Source: an uncultured Eubacteriales bacterium
GTDB lineage: Bacteria; Acidobacteriota; Aminicenantia; Aminicenantales; Saccharicenantaceae
Direction: 5' to 3'
NCBI GenBank assembly: GCA_964574895.1
Contig: CAZNPB010000010.1
Span: 183-64,182, forward strand
DNA length: 64,000 nucleotides
The position numbers and the translations under genes were made by a program. Positions 36,464 through 45,128 of this stretch are shown piece after piece. The notes under the pieces were generated by a model. It had not been told where the DNA came from. It saw nothing but the letters and a program-made list of their open reading frames with translations, and did not search any database. The number at the start of each line of letters is the position of its first letter. Within the stretch, counting starts at the first letter, position 1.

Positions 36464-37732
36464 CTAGACGAACCGGTCCAGGAACGAGGCGTTGAGCAGG
36501 ATGGCCAGGGCCCACATCAGGATGGCCAGGGCCGGGACGAGACAGTACCGGAGGATACGGGTGAAACTCCGCTCGCCGACGACCTGGCCGGAGAACCGGC
36601 CCGCCAGAGCCGCCGGCGGGATGAGGTCGCCGAGGCCGACGATGGCCGACAGGGCGGTCGAGGTGATCAGGGCGTTCTTGCTGATGAGGGCCAGGATGAA
36701 CGGCACCCCGAGGATGGAGCTGGCCCCGAAGGCCGAGATGCCGCCGAAGACGGGCATCCCCAGGGCGATGGCCACGTAGAGGAGGGCGCCGGGCAGGGCC
36801 AGGAAGGTCATGACGATCCAGCCCCGCGCCCCTGTCAGGGTCATGACCTGGATGAACATGCCCACGCCGGCCAGGATGGCCAGGATGGGCATGGCCTCCT
36901 CGACGGCCTGGCGGCTGACCTTCCAGAAGTTGAAGCGGCGGCCGCAGACCGCGCCGAGGAGGCTGCCGGCCAGGAAGATGCCGGGGATGCCGGGATCGGG
37001 CATGATGCGGACCAGGGCGCGCTCGCCGATCATCAGGCCGATGACGGCGAGGAGCGGCAGGTAGAGCCTCGGCCCGAAGCGTCCGTAAACCGAGGGGGGG
37101 AGGATGGCCGTCATCTCTTCTGCGTCGACGACCTTGATGTGCCGGAGGCCGATCCAGAGAGGGATGGCGACCGCCAGCGGCGCGACGAGGATGAGGAGGG
37201 GCAGCGTCACGCCGACATAGGGCATGTCGACGCCTCCGCCCATGATCATGACCAGGATGTTGATGGGCGGGGCGATCATCCCCAGCACCGCCGCCATGGC
37301 GATGAAGGCCCCCGTCCGGAGCGGCGGGAGCCCGAGCTTCATCAGGACGGGGGCGACGAGCGGTCCCGAGGTCAGGACGCTGGCCGTCGAGGAGCCCGTG
37401 ATCATCCCCGGGAACATGACCAGGAGATTGGCCGTCAGGAGGAGGAGCGCCTTCCTCCGGTGGAACACCCGGAGCAGGACCGCGGCCAGGCTGTCGAGCG
37501 CGCCCGAGGCCTGGAGGACCTTCATGAACAGGACGGCCGCGAGGATGATCAGCATGATGTCGAAGAAGCCGAAGCTGCCCTCGACGAGATGTCGCAACGG
37601 AAGACCCTCGCCTCCCGCCAGGGCTCCGGCGACGGCGGCGCCCATGAGGCAGAGGCCGATGGGCCATTTCAGGACCGCGGCGGCCAGCACGAAGGCGGCC
37701 ACCATGATCAGGAATACGGCGTATTCCGGCAA
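36464..37732 (-). CDS. DctM-like (TRAP large-subunit / ion-transporter superfamily) permease
   Basis: It is a 422-aa polytopic protein. FPGMITGSSTASVLTSGPLVAPVLMKLGLP resembles the conserved DctM motif. Confidence 0.6.
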   Translation of the reverse strand: MPEYAVFLIMVAAFVLAAAVLKWPIGLCLMGAAVAGALAGGEGLPLRHLVEGSFGFFDIMLIILAAVLFMKVLQASGALDSLAAVLLRVFHRRKALLLLTANLLVMFPGMITGSSTASVLTSGPLVAPVLMKLGLPPLRTGAFIAMAAVLGMIAPPINILVMIMGGGVDMPYVGVTLPLLILVAPLAVAIPLWIGLRHIKVVDAEEMTAILPPSVYGRFGPRLYLPLLAVIGLMIGERALVRIMPDPGIPGIFLAGSLLGAVCGRRFNFWKVSRQAVEEAMPILAILAGVGMFIQVMTLTGARGWIVMTFLALPGALLYVAIALGMPVFGGISAFGASSILGVPFILALISKNALITSTALSAIVGLGDLIPPAALAGRFSGQVVGERSFTRILRYCLVPALAILMWALAILLNASFLDRFV

Positions 37733-37757
37733 GCCCTCCGCCTCTCCGCCCCGGCCG

Positions 37758-38324
37758 TCAGGCCTTGGGCTTGAACGCGCTCTTCAGGACCTCGGCGGCC
37801 TCAGCCGTTTTCTCGACGGCTTCGAGCGGGATGCCTCGGGCCCGGCAGATCTTCGAGAACAGGCCGTCCGCATCGGCCGATTTGACGATAACGGCCATCC
37901 GGGCCGCCGGCAGGTACTCGGCGACCATGGCATCGGTCAGCTCGCCGCGGCGCTGATCCCCTCCGAGGTGGAGGAAAAGAACGGGGATCTTTCTCCTGGC
38001 CGCCTCGGCCAGAAGGGCCTGGACCCGCGCCTTTTCCTTGGCGGTATCGAGGCCCGCCGCGCCAAGGCCCTTCAAGCTGGCCCCGACGACGAGGCCGAGC
38101 GTCCCGGCCCCGTCAAGGTCTTTGGCGACGGCCAGCTTGGCCAACACCGTCTCGATGCCCGCCCGCTTGGCTAGGACGACGGCCAACTGGACGTCCGGGC
38201 TCTGGCCGGCCGAGGTGATGAGCATCGGCGGGTCGAAGACCGGAGCACGGCCGGCGCCGGTTTGCGCCGCGACGGCCGGAAGAAGGGTCAGCGCCGCCGC
38301 GGCGATGAACCGAAGGATCTTCAT
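37758..38324 (-). CDS. secreted 188-aa protein of unknown function (alternating beta/alpha pattern)
   Basis: A signal peptide is present (MKILRFIAAAALTLLPAVAAQ). Composition is coding-like. No family was recognised. Confidence 0.55.
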   Translation of the reverse strand: MKILRFIAAAALTLLPAVAAQTGAGRAPVFDPPMLITSAGQSPDVQLAVVLAKRAGIETVLAKLAVAKDLDGAGTLGLVVGASLKGLGAAGLDTAKEKARVQALLAEAARRKIPVLFLHLGGDQRRGELTDAMVAEYLPAARMAVIVKSADADGLFSKICRARGIPLEAVEKTAEAAEVLKSAFKPKA

Positions 38325-38408
38325 GGCTTTGCACCTCCAGAGCCCTTATCTTGCCAAGTCGGACACGGCAAGGCAACAGGTTCCTTTCCGGCCTCCGCTT
38401 GATCCTCG

Positions 38409-39428
38409 CTAAAAAGTGATCTGGACCTTCATGAGATCGAGCCGGCTCATTTTTTGGCTCAGGAGATCCGGGAACTTCTCCAGAGGGTACTGCAAGGACA
38501 GGAGCGGATCCGTCCGGATCGCTCCGCTGGACAGCAGCTGGATGGACTGATGGAAATTCTTACGGATCGCGAACGAGCCGACGATCCTCCAATCGTTGAG
38601 AAAGATCTTATAGGGATCGACACTGACCTTCGAATCCTTCGGGCAAACGCCAAAGACCAGGAAGGTTCCCGCCTTTTTCAGGTAGGCAAAAGACCTTTCG
38701 ATGATCGCGGGGATCCCCGTCGCATCGACGACGTAGTCAAAGCCGCGGGGCGCTGCGGCTTTGAGGGCTTCCGACTCGCGGCCGTCAGCCGCGAAGGTGA
38801 GGTCGGAGCCCAGCTCGCGGGCCAGCCTAAGCTTCTCGGCGTCCAGGTCCATGACGGCGACGCGAGCCGCGCCGCCGGCCTTGAGACCCTGAAGAAGGAG
38901 CAGGCCGATCGGACCGGCGCCGACGACGAGGACATCGCTCCCGAACCGGATCTGGGCCAGATCCAGGCCATGGGCCACGCAGGCGAGCGGCTCCACGAAA
39001 GCGCCTTGGGTGAAGCCGATCGCGTCGTCAAGGGGAAAAACGTTCTTGAACGGCACCGCCACGTATTCCGCAAAGGCCCCATTGGCATGGCGGCCCGAGA
39101 CCCCGATAACCCTCAGGTCCTCGCAATGGTTCTGGAGGTTCCGTTTGCAAAAATAGCAGGCTTCACAGAAGACGTTGGGGTCCGCCGTCACCCGGTCCCC
39201 TTCCTTGAAATAGCGGACGCCCCTGCCGACCCGGTCGACGACGCCGGAGAACTCATGACCGGGTATGACCGGGAACTCGGTGAAGTATTCCCCCTTGAAA
39301 ATGTGGATATCCGTGCCGCAGAGGCCGACCGCCTTCACCTTTATCAGGACCTCGTCATCCTTGATCTCGGGGATCGGCACGTCCCGCACCTCGACCCGCT
39401 CCGGAGCCGTGAAAACCGCTGCCTTCAT
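38409..39428 (-). CDS. zinc-dependent alcohol/polyol dehydrogenase (MDR family, sorbitol/threonine dehydrogenase-like)
   Basis: GLCGTDIH, GHEFSGVV, the structural-zinc Cys cluster CEACYFCK and the Rossmann motif VVGAGPIGLL are present. Confidence 0.85.
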   Translation of the reverse strand: MKAAVFTAPERVEVRDVPIPEIKDDEVLIKVKAVGLCGTDIHIFKGEYFTEFPVIPGHEFSGVVDRVGRGVRYFKEGDRVTADPNVFCEACYFCKRNLQNHCEDLRVIGVSGRHANGAFAEYVAVPFKNVFPLDDAIGFTQGAFVEPLACVAHGLDLAQIRFGSDVLVVGAGPIGLLLLQGLKAGGAARVAVMDLDAEKLRLARELGSDLTFAADGRESEALKAAAPRGFDYVVDATGIPAIIERSFAYLKKAGTFLVFGVCPKDSKVSVDPYKIFLNDWRIVGSFAIRKNFHQSIQLLSSGAIRTDPLLSLQYPLEKFPDLLSQKMSRLDLMKVQITF

Positions 39429-39477
39429 CGTTCCTCCTTGTCCCGTGGGGCCGGGCCGAAAGCGCCGCCCGGCCGGA

Positions 39478-40584
39478 TTATAAGCGTTCCCCCGTTCGGG
39501 GATCGAACAGGATGATATTTTCGACGTCGGGCCTTATCTGCACAGGCTGGCCGCGCTTATGGGAAAGGCCGGGCTTGGTCAGGAGGGTGAGAGCATTCCG
39601 GCCGCAGCGGACCTCGAGGACGCCTTCCTCGCCGAGCGATTCATAGACCTCGACGGAAGCCTCCAGAACGTCCCCGGGCCGACCGTCGGCCAGGCGGATA
39701 TGCTCCGGCCTGATGCCGAGCGTGACCGGCTGGCCGGGCAGGACCGCCCGGGGCCCGGAGAACGGGGACGGGCCGACCGGGAGACGGAGGCTCCCGTCCT
39801 CGGATCGGAACGACGGGGCGGTCCCGTCGCGCTCCAGACGGCCGGCCAGGAAATTCATAGGCGGCTCGCCGACGAAGCCGGCGACGAACGTGTTCGCCGG
39901 CCGGGCATAAATCCGGTCGGGAGTGTCGACCTGCTGCACCCGGCCCGCGTTCATGACCGCGATCCGGTCGGCCAAGGCCAGGCCCTCCAGCTGATCGTGC
40001 GTGACATAGATCATCGTCCGATGCGTCCTGTCATGGAGGGCCTTGAGACGGGCCCGAACCTTGACGCGCTGGTCGGAGTCCAGGTGGGACAGGGGTTCGT
40101 CCATCAGGTAGACGTCGGCGTCCCGGATGAGGCAGCGGGCCAGCGACACCATCTGCTGTTGTCCGCCGCCGAGCTGGCCCGGCTTGCGTTCCAGGACCTG
40201 GTCGATCTCGAGCAGCGAGGCGATCTCGTTGAGGCGAAATTCGATCTCGGCCGGGCTGCACATCGAGGCCCGAAGGGGAAAAACGATATTCTCCTTGACG
40301 GTCAGCGGCGGGTACAACGCGTAGTTCTCGAAGGCCAGAGCCACCCGCCGCTTGCCCGGCGCGAGCCGGTCGACCCGCCTGGCGCCGATATGGATCTCCC
40401 CCGCCGTGGCGGACTCGAGCCCGGCGATCAAACGCATGGTCGTGGTTTTGCCGCACCCCGAGGGGCCGAGAAAGACCATGATCTCGCCGTCGCGACAGCG
40501 GAGGTCGACGTCCTGGACGGCCATGACCCTCTTCCCTCCGGAGAAGAACTCCTTGCGAACCCCTTCGAGCCTGACCTCAGCCAT
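39478..40584 (-). CDS. sugar ABC transporter ATP-binding protein (MalK/UgpC-like)
   Basis: Walker A (GPSGCGKTT), signature (LGGGQQQ), Walker B (YLMDEPLS) and a C-terminal regulatory/TOBE-like domain are present. The ATG at 40584 overlaps the upstream gene by 8 nt. Confidence 0.85.
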   Translation of the reverse strand: MAEVRLEGVRKEFFSGGKRVMAVQDVDLRCRDGEIMVFLGPSGCGKTTTMRLIAGLESATAGEIHIGARRVDRLAPGKRRVALAFENYALYPPLTVKENIVFPLRASMCSPAEIEFRLNEIASLLEIDQVLERKPGQLGGGQQQMVSLARCLIRDADVYLMDEPLSHLDSDQRVKVRARLKALHDRTHRTMIYVTHDQLEGLALADRIAVMNAGRVQQVDTPDRIYARPANTFVAGFVGEPPMNFLAGRLERDGTAPSFRSEDGSLRLPVGPSPFSGPRAVLPGQPVTLGIRPEHIRLADGRPGDVLEASVEVYESLGEEGVLEVRCGRNALTLLTKPGLSHKRGQPVQIRPDVENIILFDPRTGERL

Positions 40585-41689
40585 GTTGATCCTCTTTGAT
40601 CCTCTGTCCCGAAGGGCCGAAATAGAGGACGTCATCGGATCGGACGGAGAGGAACGGCCCCTCGTCCGCCCCAGGCAGGACGGCCCTATCGGCGGTGACG
40701 GCCAACGAGGTCCCGCCGACCGCGACGAATTGAATGTGCCTGTTCCCCAGCCGCTCGGTCATCAGGCGGACGGCTCTGACCGCGCCTGGCGCCTCGGCCG
40801 TCACCATCTCTATCGCGGCCGGCCGGATGCCCGCCGTGATCCCGCCCGGGCCGACCTGTTCAAGGCGGCTCCGAAGCTTTGCGGGGACGAGAAAAGCCAG
40901 GGCTTGGTCGCCGGAGACGAAGACCAGGCCGTCGCCCCGAACGAGGACCCGCCCCTCGACCAGATTGATCCGCGGATAACCGAGCTGGGACGCGACGAAG
41001 ATGTCCTCCGGCGCCGTGTAAACCTCCTCGGGAGTGCCGACTTGATGGATCCGGCCTTTGTCGAGGACGGCGATCCGGTCGGCCAAGGAGAGCGCTTCCA
41101 TATAATCGTGGGTGACAAAAACGACCGCCGATTCGAGCCGGCCCTTGAGCTTTTTGAGCTCCCGGCGCATTTGGTGCCTCAGCTTGGCGTCAAGATGGGA
41201 CAGGGGCTCGTCCATCAGGAAGACCTTGGGTTTCCGGACCAGGGCCCGTCCGAGGGAGACCCTCTGCCGCTGACCGCCGCTGAGCTCGGCCGGGCGCCTC
41301 TCGAGCAGGCCCTCGATCTCCAGCGTTCGGGCGATCTCCTCGACCCGGGCCGCGATCTCGGCGGCGCTCGCCTTGCGGCGCCTGGACCTCAGGGGGAAAG
41401 CGATATTGTCGAAGACCGTCAGGTGGGGATAAAGGGCGTAGTTCTCGAAGATCATGGCGGCGTCGGGCTCCGGCGCGCCGGGGCCCGTGATCCGTTGGCC
41501 GTCGATGCGGATCTCTCCTTCCGAGACGTCCTCGATCCCGGCGATCATCTTGAGCGTCGTGGTCTTACCCGCCCCCGCCGGCCCGAGGATGACGAAGAAC
41601 TCGGCCGGCCCGATCTCCAGGTCCATCCGGTCGACGGCGACCAGCTTGCCATATCTCTTGGTCACGCCAGCGAACGTCACTGCGGCCAT
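40577..41689 (-). CDS. sugar ABC transporter ATP-binding protein (MalK/UgpC-like), second copy
   Basis: Walker A (GPAGAGKTT), signature (LSGGQRQ) and Walker B (FLMDEPLS) are present. Confidence 0.85.
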   Translation of the reverse strand: MAAVTFAGVTKRYGKLVAVDRMDLEIGPAEFFVILGPAGAGKTTTLKMIAGIEDVSEGEIRIDGQRITGPGAPEPDAAMIFENYALYPHLTVFDNIAFPLRSRRRKASAAEIAARVEEIARTLEIEGLLERRPAELSGGQRQRVSLGRALVRKPKVFLMDEPLSHLDAKLRHQMRRELKKLKGRLESAVVFVTHDYMEALSLADRIAVLDKGRIHQVGTPEEVYTAPEDIFVASQLGYPRINLVEGRVLVRGDGLVFVSGDQALAFLVPAKLRSRLEQVGPGGITAGIRPAAIEMVTAEAPGAVRAVRLMTERLGNRHIQFVAVGGTSLAVTADRAVLPGADEGPFLSVRSDDVLYFGPSGQRIKEDQHG

Positions 41690-41692
41690 AGC

Positions 41693-42565
41693 CTAACCCC
41701 TCACCGCCCCGAAGCTGAGCCCCCGCACCAGGTATTTCTGGATGAACAGCGCGATGACGATCTCGGGCAGGATGGTCACCATCGAGGCCGCCGCCATCTG
41801 CCCCCAGAGGACCGACTCGTAGGAAATGAAGCCGAGCATGCCCACGGTGACCGGGAAGGTCTCCTTCGCGCCCAGGACGAGCCCGAAGATGAAATTGTTC
41901 CAGGCGAAAATGAAGGCCAGGATGGCGGTCGAGGCCAGGCCGGGCTTGACCAGCGGCAGGCAGATCTTGCGAAAGATGGCGAACCGGGAATAGCCGTCCA
42001 GGCGGGCCGCCTGTTCGATCGACTCGGGGATGTCCTCGAAATAGCCGCGCATGAGCCAGATGATCAGCGGCAGGGTGACGAGCTGGTAGACGAGGATCAT
42101 GCCGATATAGGTGTTGTACAGCCCCAGGCTCCGGTAGATCACGAAGATGGGGATGATGACGGCGATCTCGGGCGCGAACCTGAAGCTCAGGAACGTGAAG
42201 GCGATGTTCTCCTTGAACTTGATCTTGAACCGGGCCAGGGCGTAAGCCGCCGGAACGCCGGCCAGGAGGGACACCAGCACGGCCCCGCTGGTGATGATCA
42301 GGCTGTTCAGAAAGTAGTGGACGAACTCGGGCCGGGCCGCCTCCGCTCCCGCGGCCTTGGCCCCGATCAAGATGGCCTTGTAGTTCTGCAGGGTCGGGGT
42401 GAAGACGATCCGGGGAACGCTGGCGATGATATCCTTGTCCGTCTTGAGGGAGATCAGGAAGATCCAGAGGATCGGGGCCAGGGCCAGCGCCAGCATGACG
42501 GTCAAGCCGGCGTAGATCAGGGCCTTCCTGGTCACCGAACCCAGAAGCTCGCCTCGGCTGCTCAT
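41693..42565 (-). CDS. carbohydrate ABC transporter permease (MalG-like)
   Basis: An EAA loop (EQAARLDGYSRFAIFRKICLPLVKP) is present. The start at 42565 lies 3 nt after the upstream stop. Confidence 0.85.
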   Translation of the reverse strand: MSSRGELLGSVTRKALIYAGLTVMLALALAPILWIFLISLKTDKDIIASVPRIVFTPTLQNYKAILIGAKAAGAEAARPEFVHYFLNSLIITSGAVLVSLLAGVPAAYALARFKIKFKENIAFTFLSFRFAPEIAVIIPIFVIYRSLGLYNTYIGMILVYQLVTLPLIIWLMRGYFEDIPESIEQAARLDGYSRFAIFRKICLPLVKPGLASTAILAFIFAWNNFIFGLVLGAKETFPVTVGMLGFISYESVLWGQMAAASMVTILPEIVIALFIQKYLVRGLSFGAVRG

Positions 42566-42567
42566 GG

Positions 42568-43446
42568 CTATCGTCCCATCGCGTTCTTGGAGGACTTCAT
42601 CCAGAGCTTGACGAAGATCTGGCTCATCGCGTAAACGACGGCCCAGAGGACCAGCATCATGGCCAAGGCCGATCCCATGTTGTAGTGACGGAAGGAGGCG
42701 AAATAGGCCTTGACCTGGAGCAGCATGGTCGAGCTTCCCGGACCGCCCTTGGTCGTGGCGTAAACGATATCGAAGGTCTTCAGCGAATCGATCGTCCGGA
42801 ACAGCGCGGCCACGAAGATGAACGGCTTCAGCATGGGCAGGGTCAGCTTCCTGAAGACGAACCAAGCGGACCCGCCGTCGAGCCGGGCCGCCTCGTAGGG
42901 CTCTTGAGGCAGGGATCGTAGGCCGGCCAGCAGGATGACGATGACAAATGGCGTGTAGATCCAACTGTCGATGATGAGGATGGACGGCAGGGCGGAGCCG
43001 TTCGTGCCCAGCCAGCTGAAGGCCGGCAGGCCGGCGAGCGAGTTCAGGATGCCGTTGGGGGCCATGATGATCTTCCACATCAGGGCCGCGATGACCGGCG
43101 GCATCATCAACGGCAGGATGATCAACGAGCGGGCCACCTGGACGCCTTTGACGTCGTTGTTGAGAAGGAGGGCCCCGCCGAGCCCCAGTCCGATCTGAAC
43201 GATCAAGGCCGCGGCCGTATAACCGATGGTCAGCTCGAGAGCCTTCCAGAACGAGGCATCGCGGCACAGGTCGAGATAATTCTTGATCCCGACGAAGTCG
43301 ACGCTCGCGCCGCCCAGCCGGTAATCGGTCAGGCTGTAATAGACCGACAGAAGGAAAGGATACAGGATCCCGACGGTCAGGAGGGCTGCCGGAAGGATGA
43401 AGAGATAGCCCTCCGCTTTCGCCAGAAGCCTATTTTTTATAGGCAT
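42568..43446 (-). CDS. carbohydrate ABC transporter permease (MalF-like)
   Basis: An EAA loop (EAARLDGGSAWFVFRKLTLPMLKP) is present. I chose the ATG at 43446 inside a longer ORF. Confidence 0.85.
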   Translation of the reverse strand: MPIKNRLLAKAEGYLFILPAALLTVGILYPFLLSVYYSLTDYRLGGASVDFVGIKNYLDLCRDASFWKALELTIGYTAAALIVQIGLGLGGALLLNNDVKGVQVARSLIILPLMMPPVIAALMWKIIMAPNGILNSLAGLPAFSWLGTNGSALPSILIIDSWIYTPFVIVILLAGLRSLPQEPYEAARLDGGSAWFVFRKLTLPMLKPFIFVAALFRTIDSLKTFDIVYATTKGGPGSSTMLLQVKAYFASFRHYNMGSALAMMLVLWAVVYAMSQIFVKLWMKSSKNAMGR

Positions 43447-44809
43447 CTGCCACCAGTCGGTCGATATCGGAAGCCGCTTCGTCAAGGGCCTTCTGGGCGT
43501 CCTTGCCGCTCCAGATCTCCTGAAGGGCGAGGGCCCACCGGTCGCCCGTGGCGATGAAGGCCTTCTGGGGCGTCCATTGGATGGCCGCATTCTCCGTGAT
43601 GTTCTTGTCGACGACCTCCCGGTATCCGGCCCAGCGGTCGGTGATCCGCCGCACCTCGGGGTGCTCCCACACCGACCGGCGCGTCGGGTTCATGTTGCCA
43701 TGAAGGGACGTGGACAGCAGCTGTTCCCGGCTCGTCGCCCAGAGCAGGAATAGCCAGGAGGCCAGCTTCCTCGAGCTGGCCGCGTTTACGGCCAAGCCCC
43801 AGGACCAGAGGTTGGACTTGACGAGCCCGTCGGGGCCGGCGGGAGGCAGAGCGTAGCCGACCTTTCCGACGACGCTCGAGCCGGCCGGATTCTCGTAGCT
43901 GGCCGCGAAAAAGTCGCAGTCGGGGTACATGCCGAACGTCCCGGCGCAGAACTTCTGTTTGCCGTCGTACCAGGTGGTGTTCGGCCAGTCCGGCGGACCG
44001 GATTCCTTGATCGCCTTGATCCAGAGACGAGCGAATTCCACCGCGCGCGGGGCATTGATGCGGCACTTGCCGTTTTCGTCGAAATCGACGCAGCCAAAGG
44101 AGGCGTATCCGGTGAGGAATCCGGTGTTGACCGTCGGCCAGGTGCCGAGCCCTCGGGAGATGATCCCGTAGGCTCCCCCCGCCTGGCCCAGCTTCATGGC
44201 GAAGCCCGGGAGCTCATCATAGGTCCGGGGCGGCCTGACACCGGCCTTCTCGGCCCAGTCCTTACGGTAGGCAAGGATATACGTCTCGACCTGGATCGGG
44301 ATGGCCCACAGGCTGCCCTGGCCAAGGTTGGCCTTGCCGAACTTCCTGTTCCATCGGTTGGCCGCCAGGAGGGAGGGATAGAAATCGTCGACGTCGTAGT
44401 CGTCGGGCACGGAGGCCGGCTCGTCCAGGAACGTATTCAAAGGTTCCACCCAGCCCGAGTCGACGTACCCCCAATTGAGCTGGGGGCCGGTCATAAAGAC
44501 ATCGAGCGTCTTGCTCCTGGTGGACAGGCTGACGATCAGCTTCTCGAAGTATTCTTCTTCTCCCAGGATGCCGTAATCGACCTTGATGCCGGTCAACCTC
44601 TCGAAGGAGGCGAGCTCGGGGATCAGGGATTCGGTATAAGGATGCTTGTTGAGACTGATATAAAGCACCTGGCCTTGACAGGCCCGCCAGTTGAACTCGC
44701 CCTGGGCCGTCCGGATCGGGGCCGGTCCGGAAGCGGCGGGCTCGTCCTTCCGGCAGGACACGATGAAGACGGTAAGGACACAAAGGAGGATGGCCGATAG
44801 TTTTTTCAA
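43430..44809 (-). CDS. ABC transporter extracellular sugar-binding lipoprotein (CUT1 family)
   Basis: A lipobox (VFIVSC) is present, and the size and composition are typical of family-1 SBPs. The TTG start at 44809 is preceded by a GGAG SD. Confidence 0.8.
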   Translation of the reverse strand: MKKLSAILLCVLTVFIVSCRKDEPAASGPAPIRTAQGEFNWRACQGQVLYISLNKHPYTESLIPELASFERLTGIKVDYGILGEEEYFEKLIVSLSTRSKTLDVFMTGPQLNWGYVDSGWVEPLNTFLDEPASVPDDYDVDDFYPSLLAANRWNRKFGKANLGQGSLWAIPIQVETYILAYRKDWAEKAGVRPPRTYDELPGFAMKLGQAGGAYGIISRGLGTWPTVNTGFLTGYASFGCVDFDENGKCRINAPRAVEFARLWIKAIKESGPPDWPNTTWYDGKQKFCAGTFGMYPDCDFFAASYENPAGSSVVGKVGYALPPAGPDGLVKSNLWSWGLAVNAASSRKLASWLFLLWATSREQLLSTSLHGNMNPTRRSVWEHPEVRRITDRWAGYREVVDKNITENAAIQWTPQKAFIATGDRWALALQEIWSGKDAQKALDEAASDIDRLVADAYKK

Positions 44810-44834
44810 TTCTTTTCGCTCCGAATCACTTGCC

Positions 44835-44863
44835 CTTTTATCCTAAGTAGAATTCTATGTCAA
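44835..44863 (-). promoter_or_regulatory. sigma70-like promoter of the ABC/ADH/DctM-like run
   Basis: On the minus strand: TTGACA (44863-44858), a 17-nt spacer containing the 10-bp palindrome TAGAATTCTA (44848-44857), then TAAAAG (44840-44835). Confidence 0.5.
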
Positions 44864-44872
44864 TAAAAAAAC

Positions 44873-44900
44873 TTGACAATTATATAATTATCAATATAAA
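44873..44900 (+). promoter_or_regulatory. sigma70-like promoter overlapped by a 22-bp near-perfect palindrome (candidate operator)
   Basis: TTGACA (44873-44878), a 16-nt spacer, then TATAAA (44895-44900). TTGACAATTATATAATTATCAA (44873-44894) is symmetric at 20 of 22 positions. Confidence 0.5.
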
Positions 44901-45128
44901 GAAGCATTATTACATAATTTGCATCCATTATGTTTGTGAAATTCGGATTTAATAACCGCCCTGCCGCGACCTGGTTCCCAACGATTTCCGCTTTATATAG
45001 ATCCGTTCGTCCTTATCATACGAAGGGAGGTGAGAGCATATCGGAGTCTGTTGATTCAAGGAAGGTATGATCGTGAGGAATAAAGATTTGGCGTCAAAAA
45101 AGGACAAAAAGGAAGTGGGAGAAGAACG

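Noticed and set aside
36456-37667. 451-aa ORF overlapping the DctM-like gene in another frame
   Set aside because: It is an Arg/Pro/Gly/His-rich artefact. Only its last 47 codons (36312-36455), which lie outside the permease gene, look like a real small membrane protein.
44930-45070. 46-codon plus-strand upstream ORF (MFVKFGFNNRPAATWF...) in the receptor leader
   Set aside because: It has no ribosome-binding site and no recognisable peptide features, and I cannot distinguish it from chance in AT-rich sequence.
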